A stretch of 64,000 nucleotides of DNA from the NCBI GenBank assembly GCA_040357565.1, contig JBDODJ010000003.1; one strand, written 5' to 3'. The position numbers were made by a program, and so were the translations under genes. The DNA comes from Cercozoa sp. M6MM (taxonomy: Eukaryota; Protista; Endomyxa: Ascetosporea). The notes below the pieces were generated by a model, which worked only from the letters and a program-made list of their open reading frames with translations, made no database searches and was not told the origin of the DNA. Shown in pieces: positions 1-11,984 of this stretch (position 1 is its first letter; each line of letters opens with the position of its first letter).

Positions 1-84
1 ACCTCGGCAGCAATGGCAGCCGCTGACATGTACCATCGTCGCAAAGACAGCAGCGACATGCCTCCGACTCAAGAGCCCAAATGA
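1..84 (+). CDS. Possible 3' end of an upstream gene (…DSSDMPPTQEPK*)
   Basis: Frame 1 is open from the window edge to TGA at 82-84, with coding-like composition followed by an AT-richer spacer; no recognisable domain. Confidence 0.3.
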   Translation, partial: TSAAMAAADMYHRRKDSSDMPPTQEPK

Positions 85-207
85 ACGTGAGCCTCCGTTT
101 GCAACCGACGGTTCAAGTTCTTTTAACTGCTACTGCAGCTAGTACTAAATCCAGTTCAATAGTAGGTACAAAATCAATCTGTTCGTTCAGTTCGACGTCC
201 CTTCAGT

Positions 208-1872
208 TTAGAAAAGCGTGTAGAGCAGCTTGTCAACGGTGCCGTTCTTGGGGTTGATCTTGCCCTTGGTGGCCGTCTCCGTCATGTAGTCAATGACCTC
301 CTTGACCGTCTCAAAGTCGTCGCCCTTCTTCTGCAGCAGGAGGGCAGCGGCACCTGTCACACAACAGCACACACAGTAAATACATCCAGTGACACAAACC
401 TTGGGGAAAGGAGAGGTATAGCTTGAGGCACCAGCGACGTGCGGCGTGGCCATCGACGTGCCCGAGATCGTGAGCGTGCCCTTGGGCTCGGCGTCGTTCT
501 CCCACGGCTCGTTGAAGGTCGAGCGGATGGCGACGCCGGGCGCCAGGATGTCGACGCACGAGCCCCAGTTGCTGAACGAGGCCAGCGAGTCGTGAATGTC
601 CGTGGCACCCACCGTGAGCGCCTCCGGCGCCGAGGCCGGCGACACGTTGCAGGCGTTCTGGTTCTCGTTGCCGGCGGCAACGACGGGCACAACGCCCACC
701 TTGGCGAGCTCGGCAATCATGTCGTTCTCGGCCTTGGAGAACGGGCCGCCGAGCGACATCGAGACCACGGAGAACTTCTTGCCCGACGCAATGTGCTGGT
801 CGGCCACCCACTGCATGGCGTTCATGATGCCGAGCATCGAGCCGCCGCCCGTGCAGCCGAGTGCGCGCACGCCGATGAGGTTGACGTTCTTGGCGATGCC
901 GTAGTGCTCGGCACCGATCGAGCCGGCGCAGTGCGTGCCGTGCGCGTTGCAGTCAGTGCCGCAGCCACGCACCTGGCCGGGCTTCTTCTCGTCGCCAAAG
1001 AGGCCCGAGAAGCACGTGCCGTGCACGGCGCGGCCGCCAAAGTCGGCGTGCTTCGTGTTGATGCCCGTGTCGATCACGTAGACATCGACGCCCTCGCCCG
1101 TGGCCTCGTACTTGTACTTGTTGTCCAGCGGCAGGTCGCGCTGGTCCGAGCGGTCGACGCCTGTGCCACACCAACACAGAGTGCATCTACCAATCGAAAT
1201 GAGGACACGGAAGGACAGGCCTACCCCAGGCGCACGAGCCATCGCGATCGAAACAGGTCTGCACGCCCGACTCGGCAACGACCTCGCCGTCCTTGTGCAG
1301 GAAGGCCTCCTGGAAGGTCTTGACGACGCCCTCGATGTTGCTGTCGCGGCGCGGCTTGCGGCTCTTGCGGCCGCCCTTGTAGGCCCATCGGCCCTCGACC
1401 TGCACCTTGGTGGCCTGCTCGACGTAGGCGACACCCGGCAGCGAGCGGATCTTGTCAATGTCCGAGCGCTCAAAGTGACCCGTCGCGGCCATGAAGCGGT
1501 CGTTCAGGTTCAGGAAGTGCAGCTGCTCGACGTGCGAGCCGGCGGCAGAACGGATGGCGCCCTTGGCGGCATGGAACTGCGACACAGCCTCCTTGTCGAA
1601 CACCACGACGTAGGCGCCGTCGATCAGCTCGCTCACCGAGCCGAACTGCTCCAGCGGGGCAAGAGCGTTGGCGGCCGAGGCAGCTGCAACCAACAAACCG
1701 AACAGTCAAAGATCACTTGAAAAATCATCACGCAGCACACACAAAAAAAAAAAAAACGGCACGCGCCACGCGCGGGAAAAAACGCATGAACGCACACGCG
1801 AGTCGCGGAAATGCATCAACACGCTAACACTGAGCTGCTTGTACCGGCAAGAGCAGACAGAAGGAACTTCAT
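208..1872 (-). CDS. Secreted subtilisin-like serine protease (S8A, proteinase K-like) with I9 propeptide; spliced
   Basis: Signal-like MKFLLSALA|AASAANA across an intron, propeptide (YVVVF…GVAYVEQ), catalytic VIDTG, HGTHCAG, AAGN and GTSMATPH; GT-AG introns near 1685-1844, 1161-1224 and 354-431. Confidence 0.95.
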
Positions 1873-2188
1873 GTTAGTGCGATGAGAAAAAACACTCGTG
1901 TCAGTTGACAACGTTAAGAGCCCACTTGGTGAAGACTCACTAAACTACAATGCGATGCAGAGTTTGCGAAAGTTAGGGAGCGTGCCGGAGCAGAAATGCA
2001 GAAGTGCGATCCGTGGCTACAGAATCGTTTTACCGTTTTTTAAGGACGAGCCAAGATCCGAAAAAATACGATTGCGCGCAGCCCCCTACGTTCTGGGGCA
2101 CTTTGAGTGTCCATCTACGTTGAAAATACTGCGAGCACATCGCAGCGCCCTGCGGCGCCTTCGTATCTTAGTAGGACAATTTCAGACG

Positions 2189-2822
2189 ATGAGTGATGCC
2201 ACCCCGTCGGCGAAGCCATTCGAGCAGCTCTCGCGCGAGGAGTTGCTCGAACTGGCACGATCGCAGGAGGAAAAAATTGTACCTTCGCGATACTGTCGCT
2301 TGCTGGCTAACATAGAAACGCTGGTGTGCAGGCACGACTGCGTCGCTTGCACGAACGTCCAGTGCAGCCGCAGCCGTCGGCGAAGCGAAGGAAGAAAAAG
2401 GCGCGAAAGCAGGTGTGTTTTTTCTGACGACTTTACTGTTTTGGAGATGCATTCTTGTGCAGATTGATTTCAGCACATGTCGCAAGCGCCACATTGCCGT
2501 GAAGTTCGCCTACATTGGCGAGAAGTACTACGGTCTGGCCATGCAGGACGGCTTCGACACCGTGGAGGGTAGGTCATGTTGTTTATACATCGGCATGTTT
2601 GTAATTTTCTGTCCGCGCGTAGGTCGACTGGTCAAGGCATGTCAGCAGGCGCAGTTGATCCCGACCGACGGTGACATGAACGCAGTGAACTGGTCGCGCA
2701 GTGGTCGCACCGACAAGGGCGTCTCGTCGCTGGGCAACGTCTTCTCGGCAGTGGTGCGATGCAAGGCCTCCACAGGTGTTGGTGTCGTCGGGGCTCAGTC
2801 TACGCAAGAAGAGGTGTGCATA

Positions 2823-2857
<35 letters not shown>

Positions 2858-4161
2858 GCATAAGTGTGTGTGCGTGTCTATGTGTGCAGAGCGAGATGGA
2901 CTACATTCGCATTCTCAACGGCATGCTTCCGCCCGACATTCGCTGCTTTGCGTGGGCACCAGTTCCTGCGAACTTCTCGGCTCGCTTTAGTTGCATCTCG
3001 CGGTGTTACAAGGTGCCTTTGCTTGCAGCTTGTGTGTGTGTGTATGTGTGTGGCTTGCAGTATTACTTCTTTGAGGACGGCATGGACATTGACGCTATGC
3101 GAGTGGCGGCAGGCAAGCTCGTTGGCACGCACGACTTCCGCAACCTGTGCAAGGCTGACGTGCGCGATGTGTCGCACTTTGTGCGCACACTGCACTCGTT
3201 TGAGGTGTCACTTCTTGCCTCTCTCCATGTGTCGTTGTTGATGTATACTTTGCCTGCAGGTCAGGAAGGCCACGGGGTCGCGAATGTCAGGTGTTGGACG
3301 GCAAGACGCGCTGTGGGAAGTGCAAATTTCGGGCAGTGGATTCTTGTACCACCAGGTAGCTTTCTGTACTGTGCGCTTCCACATAGTTTCCTTACTCTGT
3401 CTGTGCTGTGTTCCAAGGTCCGCATGATGATGGCCGTGCTGTTCCACGTGGGCCAGGGCAAGGAGTCGCCCGCGGTGGTCGATCAGCTGCTCGATGTGGC
3501 CAGGTACCCGTGCAGACCGCAGTACGACATGGCGAGCGACAAGCCTCTGCTCCTGTTCGACACTGTGTACGACAGCGACCTTGTCCGGTGGCGCGTCGAC
3601 CCAGATGCGCAGCTCAACGTGTTTCGTCTGTTTCACCGACAGTGGAGGGAACAAACTATCTCGCTCAAGTTGCACGACGTCGTGGCACAACATGCGCTCG
3701 GAAACTACCTGCTTGCCAAGGTGTCCTTGACTCCCTACTCCCGTGCCATGTGTCTCGCTATCTCGCTGTGTTGTAGGAGGGAAACCCGGGCTTGCAGTAC
3801 GACTTGACCGAGGTTTCGACCGACGTGGTTGATGGGAATCCGGACACTTTTACCGGCACTCAGCTGCGCCAGTGGCAGCGAAATCAGTCAAAGGCACGTC
3901 ATGTGTCTTTTTAAAGCACACAGCAAGTTGTTCACCCGTCGTTTCTGTGTGCAGAAACCGACTCCAATGATGGAAAGAAAGAAGGGCGACTCCTTGGTGG
4001 CGCAAGTGCGCAAACTCAAGCCCGATGAGAGACAGAGCTTTGATAACAAGCGCGCGACGCTTCGTTCGCACATGTGCGACCACAACGAGAATCTTTCGGA
4101 GCGCGAGCGCGCTCTCGTGCAATCCTTCCTTGACGAGACTGAACTCCAGGACACTCAGTAG
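2189..4161 (+). CDS. PUS3: tRNA pseudouridine(38/39) synthase, TruA family (Pus3/Deg1-like); spliced
   Basis: RHIAVKFAYIGEKYYG, SGRTDKGVSS (catalytic Asp), LNGMLPPDIR, FSARFSC, GTHDFRNLCK, VRMMMAVLFHVG and YDMA motifs in successive exons. Confidence 0.9.
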
Positions 4162-4346
4162 CTATGCGTGCGCTCCACCTTGTAGCAATTCGATTGTCCG
4201 TAAACTCAAACTCAAACTCAAACTCAAACGTTTTCGTTGGATCGGATGCCCGGCCGTGGCGGGAGCTCAATATCGATTATAGTAGGAAACACGTTATCTT
4301 TTCTAAAACCGACTAAGTGGCGTGGTTTTTCCGCACCAGTCAGGGG

Positions 4347-4437
4347 TGAAGTTCGAGTTACGGTGCTATTTGATGGATGCTAATGTCGCTGTGTTGAAAG
4401 TTGTCACATGTGTCGTAACTAACTAACTCGAACTTCA
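4347..4437. repeat. Perfect 14-bp inverted repeat overlapping the TBCE stop codon
   Basis: tgaagttcgagtta (4347-4360) is the exact reverse complement of taactcgaacttca (4424-4437). Confidence 0.85.
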
Positions 4438-7275
4438 GTCACGGTCAATCCTGATGTTGCAGCAATATTTCCGTGTCGTTAGTCACACCAAAGTACGTTA
4501 GCTGGCGTTCTGTCCATGCAAGTCGAATACAAGGTGCCAGTGGACCAAAAAATGAGGGAGCTGATGCTACCACTGTCCTGCGCGGGGTTAAGCACCTGTG
4601 GCAATGAACCGCTGCCCGGCTGTTTTAGCGTGATGTACTAAACAAAGTGAGGTGAGTCAGATGTCTTTCTATCAAACTAACGAAACAAGAGCGAAAATGT
4701 ACCTGTTGAGAAGGACGCGTCCCAAACAGTTTCTTTAGCACCACCTGCAACTGGTGCAGCGTCATCCGCAGAGGAACTTTCTTCTTCAGCACAGCTCTGT
4801 ACTCGCAAACAGCAGCATACTGACTTGACAACAAGTGCACAACGAAAGTACCTTTCAGTGCCGAAGGCATCGCTATGCTCGTCCAAACACACAAAGGAAA
4901 CAGTCGCCACTCGGAGCAGTCCACTTCGTTGAGATGTCGTTTCTTCTGCAGAGTGATTCGTTAGACAACCCCAAGAAACGGCACCAAGAATGCTACGTTG
5001 TTGAGGCCGACCGTGAATTGAACACAGCTCATCGAAGCGAAAGCACTGGGCAAAAAAAAAAAGCGACTACATATATAGCGAAATATTTTAACTTAAAAGG
5101 TACCTGTTCGGGGTGCTGATGTAGCAAACATCGTTGCAGGTACAGCCGTTCGGCATCACTGCGTTCTCTCTCAGTCACGACACTCTTGTTTAACACTGCA
5201 TAGCTAAACATAAGTAGTACGACAAGACACAGATAGAGTACCATTGACGGACTTAAGACGCGCAAGAACTTCGCCACGAGCATACGTTAGACCGCCTCTG
5301 TTGGCGCAAAAGGTAGTGAACACTTGCTCATTTCTTTCCAGGAACCACAGTACTCTTGTTTTAACTTCTCGAAAAACGGAGTGGCGGAACATCGCAGATC
5401 AGTCAAACTCTGCAACTGAGCGAGTGCTTCGATGTCAGCAACATCTGCTTTTGCAAATTTCAAACATAAAAATGAACGTGTGTTGGTGAACAAACTGAAC
5501 CCACCACCAATTTGAGTTCCTTTCAGCCAAAGTCGCTCTAGCGACACCATAGTGTCGGAAGCGAGCTGTGCGTTTCCCAGGTCCTCTAGACCCGAGCCGT
5601 CCGCGCGGATCCATTTGCTGATCACCAACGAAAATAAAACTACAAGAATCACAAAATAAAGGGTACAGCTTTGGAAGTTGGCCGACAGTGGAAGTTAAAG
5701 AAGCAAACAAATGCAAATTTTTGCATTCAGCAATGTCGAAAATTTCCAACTGCAGAAAATCAGGTTGAGGACCTTTAATTTAGTTTTAAACAAAAGCAAA
5801 GTACACAAGGCAAATCTGCATTGGCGAAAAGCGACACGAAATCGTCATCAACGACGTCGGAAGCACTCAAACTGAGTTCCTTTAGGCCCTGAGCGAGTTG
5901 CCAATTAACCATTTCATTTAAACGTTTACTCGATAAATGTTGTGATGTACCTGCAAAGCACCACAGGTCCAGAGTTCGTGCACGACACGGCAAGCGTCGG
6001 GCACTCGGACCAACGAGAGCGATTTCACTTTCTTCCACTTGTCTGTATTCGGTGCATTCAACGGGTATAGAGCATTCACAAAATTCGATGTCTAATACCC
6101 AATGTTGGAGCCTTAAGAACGGCATCGAGCGTGTCGAAACGCATGAAGCTGTCACTCACGTCGACTTCGACAACGCCGCATTCCACGAGTGCGTGCACAT
6201 GCTTCCAGTCCTATTGTACAAAATTGTAACAACAGGTAATTACAGTTCAAAAATTGAAACGAAGGACAGTACACTCAACAGAGAATCACGCAACGACACG
6301 TGCTTTAAGTTGCCGCACGTTTCGCTCAGTGACTCGGCGCATACACTGCTGACCCCTGAGCACACGCACGGGCATGTCTTTGTGTTTGAAAAAAGAAATA
6401 ACAAACCAGACTCCGGCGGAATGGAAACAAAACTGAGTCGCGATAGCTGTGCTTGCATCTGTCTGGTCTCTTCTTCGCCCACAAACTCGACTTGCTACAA
6501 CAGAGGCAATTCCCGAAAGTCTATCAGTATCACAATCTCAGTTTTTTGAGATACGACTTTGAAACAGCCGTCGTTGCTTTGCAAGTCTGCAACGGCATCT
6601 TCTCCACTACATACACACGCACATGTTAAAAAATCAAGAAGAGCAAAAAGTCAGAAGTACGACAGTGCGTGCTCACTCTGTCGCAGGTGCGCAAAGTGTG
6701 ACACGGCAGAGCCACGTGCCAGCACATATCTCTCCTGACGCAACGACTCGTCCGCCTGTGCCAAACAAGACACATACAAACAAAAACATTAGTACATCAG
6801 AGAGTACTTCAGCTGCGTAGCGCTCTCGAATCGCTTGTGTCAAAGAGACGCCTTTCTTCACTGCATTCTCAAAGCAAGGCTGTTTTCATACATTGGAAGA
6901 CATGCTTTCAGTACACTTGTGAGCACGCACAAAGCTGCCATGCAAGGGGGCACATTCAAAAAGACGGTGCTCAATTTTTCTGCGCGTTTACTCGTAAGAT
7001 TCGAAAGAGTCAACACAAGAGAACAAACACCCTTGAGCAAATGTGCCGTCGTGCTTGCCGCGTGGCAGGTCCCATTCCACGCCTGCGTGCAGGCGCTGCT
7101 TTTTGGCACCACTTGCGCCACTTTGCTCTTCGGACGAAGGCAGCGGTCCTAGGTAGCGGACGGTGCCTTTGTACCCACCTGCAAAGCGTACAGACTCGTG
7201 AAAAATCCTGCTTGATGGAGAAATGATACCCTTGCAATGCCGGACCCGATCGTTGAGTTCTAAAACAGTCACCAT
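4435..7275 (-). CDS. TBCE: Tubulin-folding cofactor E (CAP-Gly + LRR + ubiquitin-like); spliced
   Basis: N-terminal CAP-Gly (GTVRYLG…GVEWD…RGKHDG), LRR-like exons, EVLARLKSVNGT…ERSDAERLYL, and C-terminal UBL (KKKVPLRMTLHQLQVVLKKLF); stop TGA at 4437-4435. Confidence 0.88.
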
Positions 7276-7363
7276 AGATGCTAGCGTATAGTAACACACG
7301 CCTGCACTAGTTTTTGTACAGTACTGTGCATAAACGCCCATTTGATTTTTTTCTTCAGTATGC

Positions 7364-8443
7364 TTATTCGTGCAGCTTAACACTCTTCGATTTGGTGACA
7401 TCATGAGTCTGCCAAGCCGATATGGTGATACAATGTTTATCTATCTCAATTGTAAATTTACAGTCTAGGGCGCTAGCACGATTTCCACAGTCCTCTTTCG
7501 CATCCTCTCTCCCGCCTCTTCTTGTGACTGGCACTGACAGACTCGAGGATCCGCCTACGAGCATTCGGGTACCAACTGAAGAGATTGTGTCTTTTTGACG
7601 GTGCAAGAAAAGGTCTGAGTGCACCTGTAGTCGTTTATATCGAGCGCACATGGCACTGTTGCGCATCGTCTCGTACAACGCGTCGACGACGCCAATACAA
7701 AGATGTGCCATTTCGTGCAAGTTGTGGTCGTCGTGTTCATTGTACACATGGAGGTGTGCGTGTCCTGCCACCGGGTACTTTTTCCTACAGTACTCCTTCA
7801 TCGCTTGCACGGCCGCTTTGTCGCATCTCTCTTTGTGCGACACCTTCATGCCTGCAAAGCAACTGACTGCATCCCCTTTCATCAGTGAGTATGTGATATA
7901 CCAACGTGAGCACACTGCGAAACGTAGCACCTCAAGTGGTGTTGGCACACTCGTTCGAACTTGTGTTGCATTACGCTGAGAATGTGTTGGTAGCGGTACC
8001 TTTTTTGTCAGAACATCTGATTCTAAATAAGATACCTCGCGTGTCCGTGAATCCAGTGGTTCTCCACGCAATCGCCATTTGCCAACTCACCAGCAATTGT
8101 GTCCAGGTTCCTGCGCTCTTTGAACTCGGCGATATGGGAAATTGATGCGATGACCAAGTACCACGTATAATTGACGTGGACCAGTCGCATCGAGGTGTCA
8201 CCGTCGCACACAGTTTTCACGACATCCGACATCAGACACGGCGCGTGCGACAGGTGACCGTGAGCTAACAGGTGTCCATGATGCCACACAAAGTTTCCTG
8301 CCATTTGCAACCAGGAATTCATACGGCACGCACGGGAGGAATTGCAGCATACCCGTATTTGCAGGATTTGGGTATCGAAAACTTGAGGAGCCGTTGCACC
8401 ACTGTGCCAGCAACAAGATGCAAAACGCCACCGAGGTCATCAT
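7364..8443 (-). CDS. Hypothetical secreted His/Cys-rich protein containing an HExxH motif; spliced
   Basis: Hydrophobic N-terminus MMTSVAFCILLLAQWC; exons flanked by GT-AG; LHEMAH at about 7703-7720. No family recognised. Confidence 0.55.
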
Positions 8444-8605
8444 ACGGCCATATCACAGTCTTACCGCAGGGAACACGTCAAAAGTTGCTTGCTTTTCACG
8501 GCAGTAACCCCAAATGAGAAACGCTCCCGTCAATCACAATGCAAGCTGACTGAACGAACGAAGTACCGACCTTGAAGAAGATGTCGTCCTGGGGAACGTA
8601 AAAAC

Positions 8606-8676
8606 GGGAGTTGGATAGCTCCGCTTTAAGCGAGAGGTGGACTACGGCCATGCGCTTGTGACGTGACCACCCCAGG
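8606..8676 (-). ncRNA. Dispersed structured element, copy A (hairpin + pseudoknot)
   Basis: Minus-strand cctggggtggtcacgtcacaagcgcatggccgtagtccacctctcgcttaaagcggagctatccaactccc aligns with copies at 16768-16839 and 27552-27614. The repeat is certain; RNA function is inferred. Confidence 0.55.
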
Positions 8677-8895
8677 ACTGAGCTAACCAACTGACTGAAC
8701 GAAATGAAATTAAACGAACGGCGCGGAAGCGACGCGAAACGAAAGCTGCCGTGCACCGAATGTCGCGTCGCGTCGTGCATTAATCGGGTCTAACGCAACG
8801 ACATAACCTAGGCGAGGTATTTCGGTTGCAAACTGATGGATAAAAAGCTGCGCTGCCGTGCCGCTGCCATGCCGTGCGTGTCAGCGCGAGCGGGG

Positions 8896-9789
8896 TCACG
8901 AGTCCTCGTTCGACTCGTCGGCGGCAATCACAAACATGCCAGTGACGGCGTCAATGGAAGCAAGCGTTCGAGCCTCGTGCACACTGCCGCCGTCGTCGTC
9001 GCTGTCGAAGTCGTCGACGTGCTCGCTCTCGTGCTCCGTGGTCGACGTGAAATCCGACGCCAGCGAGCGAGCAGGCTGCACAACAAAAGGAAACTGATCG
9101 AAGCGGGCTGAAGTTTCTGAAACAGGTGCACACACCCTTCCGTGCGCATTGAGTGGCACAGCAGTCTCCACAGGCGATGCTGGCCTCGCGCTCCGTTTGT
9201 TCGTCTTTCGGTGGCCGTGCACGTCGCACTTGCCGAGAGCAATATACCGCAGCAGTCGCAGGATCTGCGGAAAACTCTTGCCGCGCGTTTCCGGCACCTG
9301 CAGACAGAGGAGTGCCAAGACTAAAACGCCGCTTAACAACTCAGGAGGCTACCAGTCGCAGCACGAACAGCACGCTCAGCACGCCGATCCAGAAGTAAAA
9401 GAAGAAGGCATTCTGCCACATCAGAGTGGAAGATAACGGGGATGGAGGGTAATGGGGTAGGGAGAGGAAAGAGTGGAGGGGGGGGGGGGGACAAGTGAAA
9501 CTACGCCATCGCCGAGGCCCTTGGAGAGCGAGAGGAAAGTGATGGCGACGAGGCCACTCGTGACGCGGTTCAGCGAGGTCGCCAGCGACATTGCGCGCCC
9601 GCGGATCTCCAACGGGAAGATCTCGCTCAGTAACATCCTTTCATGCACACATTATATAGATAAATAAAAATAAATCAACAAACAAGTAGATGTGCATATA
9701 TATATATATATATATAAATACAAATTAACGTATAATACATTTATATAAAAATGTACAAAAATTATACATAAACTATACAAAAACATAGA

Positions 9790-9823
<34 letters not shown>

Positions 9824-11725
9824 CCACACGACGGGACCCAAGCCGACCGAGAAGCCGATCATAAAGAGCGACATGGACGACAGCAACGCCAGCACCGGCA
9901 GCTCCAGCCAGAAGCACAGCGACAGCGCCAGCAGCGACACCGAACACATCGTCGTCGATATCAACTGCAACCGGCGGATAAAGGGCAGTGGGGAGGGGGA
10001 GAATAGAGACACACCAGCAGTCGCCGACGGCCAAAGTAATGATCAGCAGTGAAGGTAGCCACCAGTATGGTAAGTGTCTTGGCCAAGCCAACCACCAAGT
10101 TGGCCCGCAGTCGCGCGTCCAGCGACTCTAATCCCGCACGCTTCAAACTGTAGGGGGTTAAAGCGAGGTAAGGGATTAAGAAGTAAAGGGAGAGGGGTAT
10201 ATCAGCGCGCCTACATGGCAGGCGTGTAGTAGACGATGGCTTCGGAACCGCAGGCTTGCTGCAGAATGCCGATGCCACAGCCGAGCAGAACAATGTGTCT
10301 CAGCACCCTTGTTCGCGGACACTATATCCATACATACGTACATATAGTCCATGGTACAGTCCACATGTACAGTTCATATGTACAGTCCTATGTACCAGAA
10401 TGTCCTTCCATTTAAAGGAAGACTCAGCACGCTGCCGCTGCAGCACGTCGGCGGCGGCCTTGTCCAGCGCCGTCTGCAGCGTCACCGCGTCGCACCGATG
10501 CGTCCGCTGCATCGATGCCTCCGCCTGCCGCAGTTCGCCCTTGCTCACCTATCTCGGGGGGGGGGGAGAGGGGTAGGGGTAAGGAGTAAGGCGGGGTAAG
10601 AGGGGCAAGGGGTAAGGCCTACCAAGTAGTAGGGTGACTCGGGCAGCAGCAGCAGCATCAGCAGAATCACGCAACCCGGCGCTGCACCGGCGCCGAGCAT
10701 CCAACGCCAGCCCGTTTCCAGCGGCAACTCATTGTGCAGCAACAATGCCACACTACGGGGGGGGGGGGGTAAGAGGGAGATATATGGGTAAATGGACCTA
10801 CATGTATCCTAGCAAGATGCCGGCATTGATGCTGATTTCGGCAAAGGAAACGAAGCGGCCTCGTGCGCCTGGTGGACACAGTTCCGACACGTACAGTGGG
10901 GCCACCACACTACATGAGGCAAGGAGTAAAGGGAGCAAGGGAGTAAGAAGCTGCGATACATGCCACCACCGACGCCGAGACCCACGACACTGCACCAAAG
11001 ATCCACCATAGTTTACACCGCCCAAGTAAAAAAAGTCTGTGCATACATTCGACCCAGCAGAAGCATGCCGAACATTCGCGCACTCGCCATCAGCAGCGAG
11101 CCTCTACAGAAATACAAGCGATAAGGGGTAAGGGGTAAGGGTAAGGGTAAAGAGGGTAAAGGAGGGAACACACGCAATGAAGCACACAGCGCCGAAAGCA
11201 ACGCCGTTGCGACGACCGAAGTTGTCGGACAACTTGCCTGCCTACAAATACGTGTGTCCACGAGGGGTAAGGGGGAGGTAGGGGGTAAAACTACCACGAT
11301 AGCACCAATCGGTGCGACCAGGTTCATGCTGCCCATGATGACTTCCTTCTGCGTGTCCGTGTAGCCCTCACTCTGCACATAACTCACACCACAGAACTAC
11401 GGAGCTAAACCACCAAACAGTACCTGCTCGATGAGCTCAATAGCACCCGACATGATGCCAATGTCGTAGCCCAGCAGAATCTGCGAAAGCAACAGATAAG
11501 GAACAAAAGGCAGACAGGAGGGCAAGGCACACTCGACAGCGACGCCATCAGTGCGGCGACCCACATGAACTTTGTCGGCGACACATCGCGCAGGTCCGAC
11601 GACTGCCTTGCACACCGCATTAAGGCACTGACAGGAGTATTGTGAAGTTAGCAAACAGAAAAACGCACCGATTGTGAAGATCGCTGTGTCAACAACTGGG
11701 AACCTACATCGTCATCGACCAACAT
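8896..11725 (-). CDS. MFS sugar-porter family transporter (polyol/inositol transporter-like); many introns
   Basis: LLGYDIGIMSGA, DNFGRR, PLYVSELCPPGARG, EISINAGILLGY, WRWMLG, PESP, DHYFGRRRLL, SEIFPLEIRGRA and VPETRGKS signatures. Confidence 0.93.
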
Positions 11726-11984
11726 TGGGCCGAGAAACCTCGTGCTCCACCAGCTTTGTGCTAGTTACTGTGCCTAATGGTGCCTCACGGTAATTCTCGG
11801 TGCGTTAGAGTGATACTTAACTACTCTAACAACTCAAAAGGTCGCGCTCCACTTTGGCTACGGGAATGGCAAAGGGTTTTGCCGTTTTTTGTGCAAACTC
11901 AGCTTTTCGTGCAGGTATCGATAGGATTAAACAGGGTTAACATGACACTTCTTGGACGAACAGAAACAGCACGCGGCAGCTCGA

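Noticed and set aside
354-431. Introner-like intron with a GTGCC junction duplication
   Set aside because: Single case; other introns share no sequence family or terminal repeats.
439-1720. Long + strand ORFs (294 and 206 aa), and similar antisense ORFs at 11777-12532, 13034-13693, 29066-29914 and 33106-34005
   Set aside because: They are shadows of GC3-rich genes on the opposite strand and contain no recognisable motifs.
8641-8660. 5S rRNA start (ctacggccat) or tRNA A-box (tagctcagt on the minus strand nearby)
   Set aside because: Similarity is limited to about 10 nt, with no downstream 5S sequence, B-box or cloverleaf.
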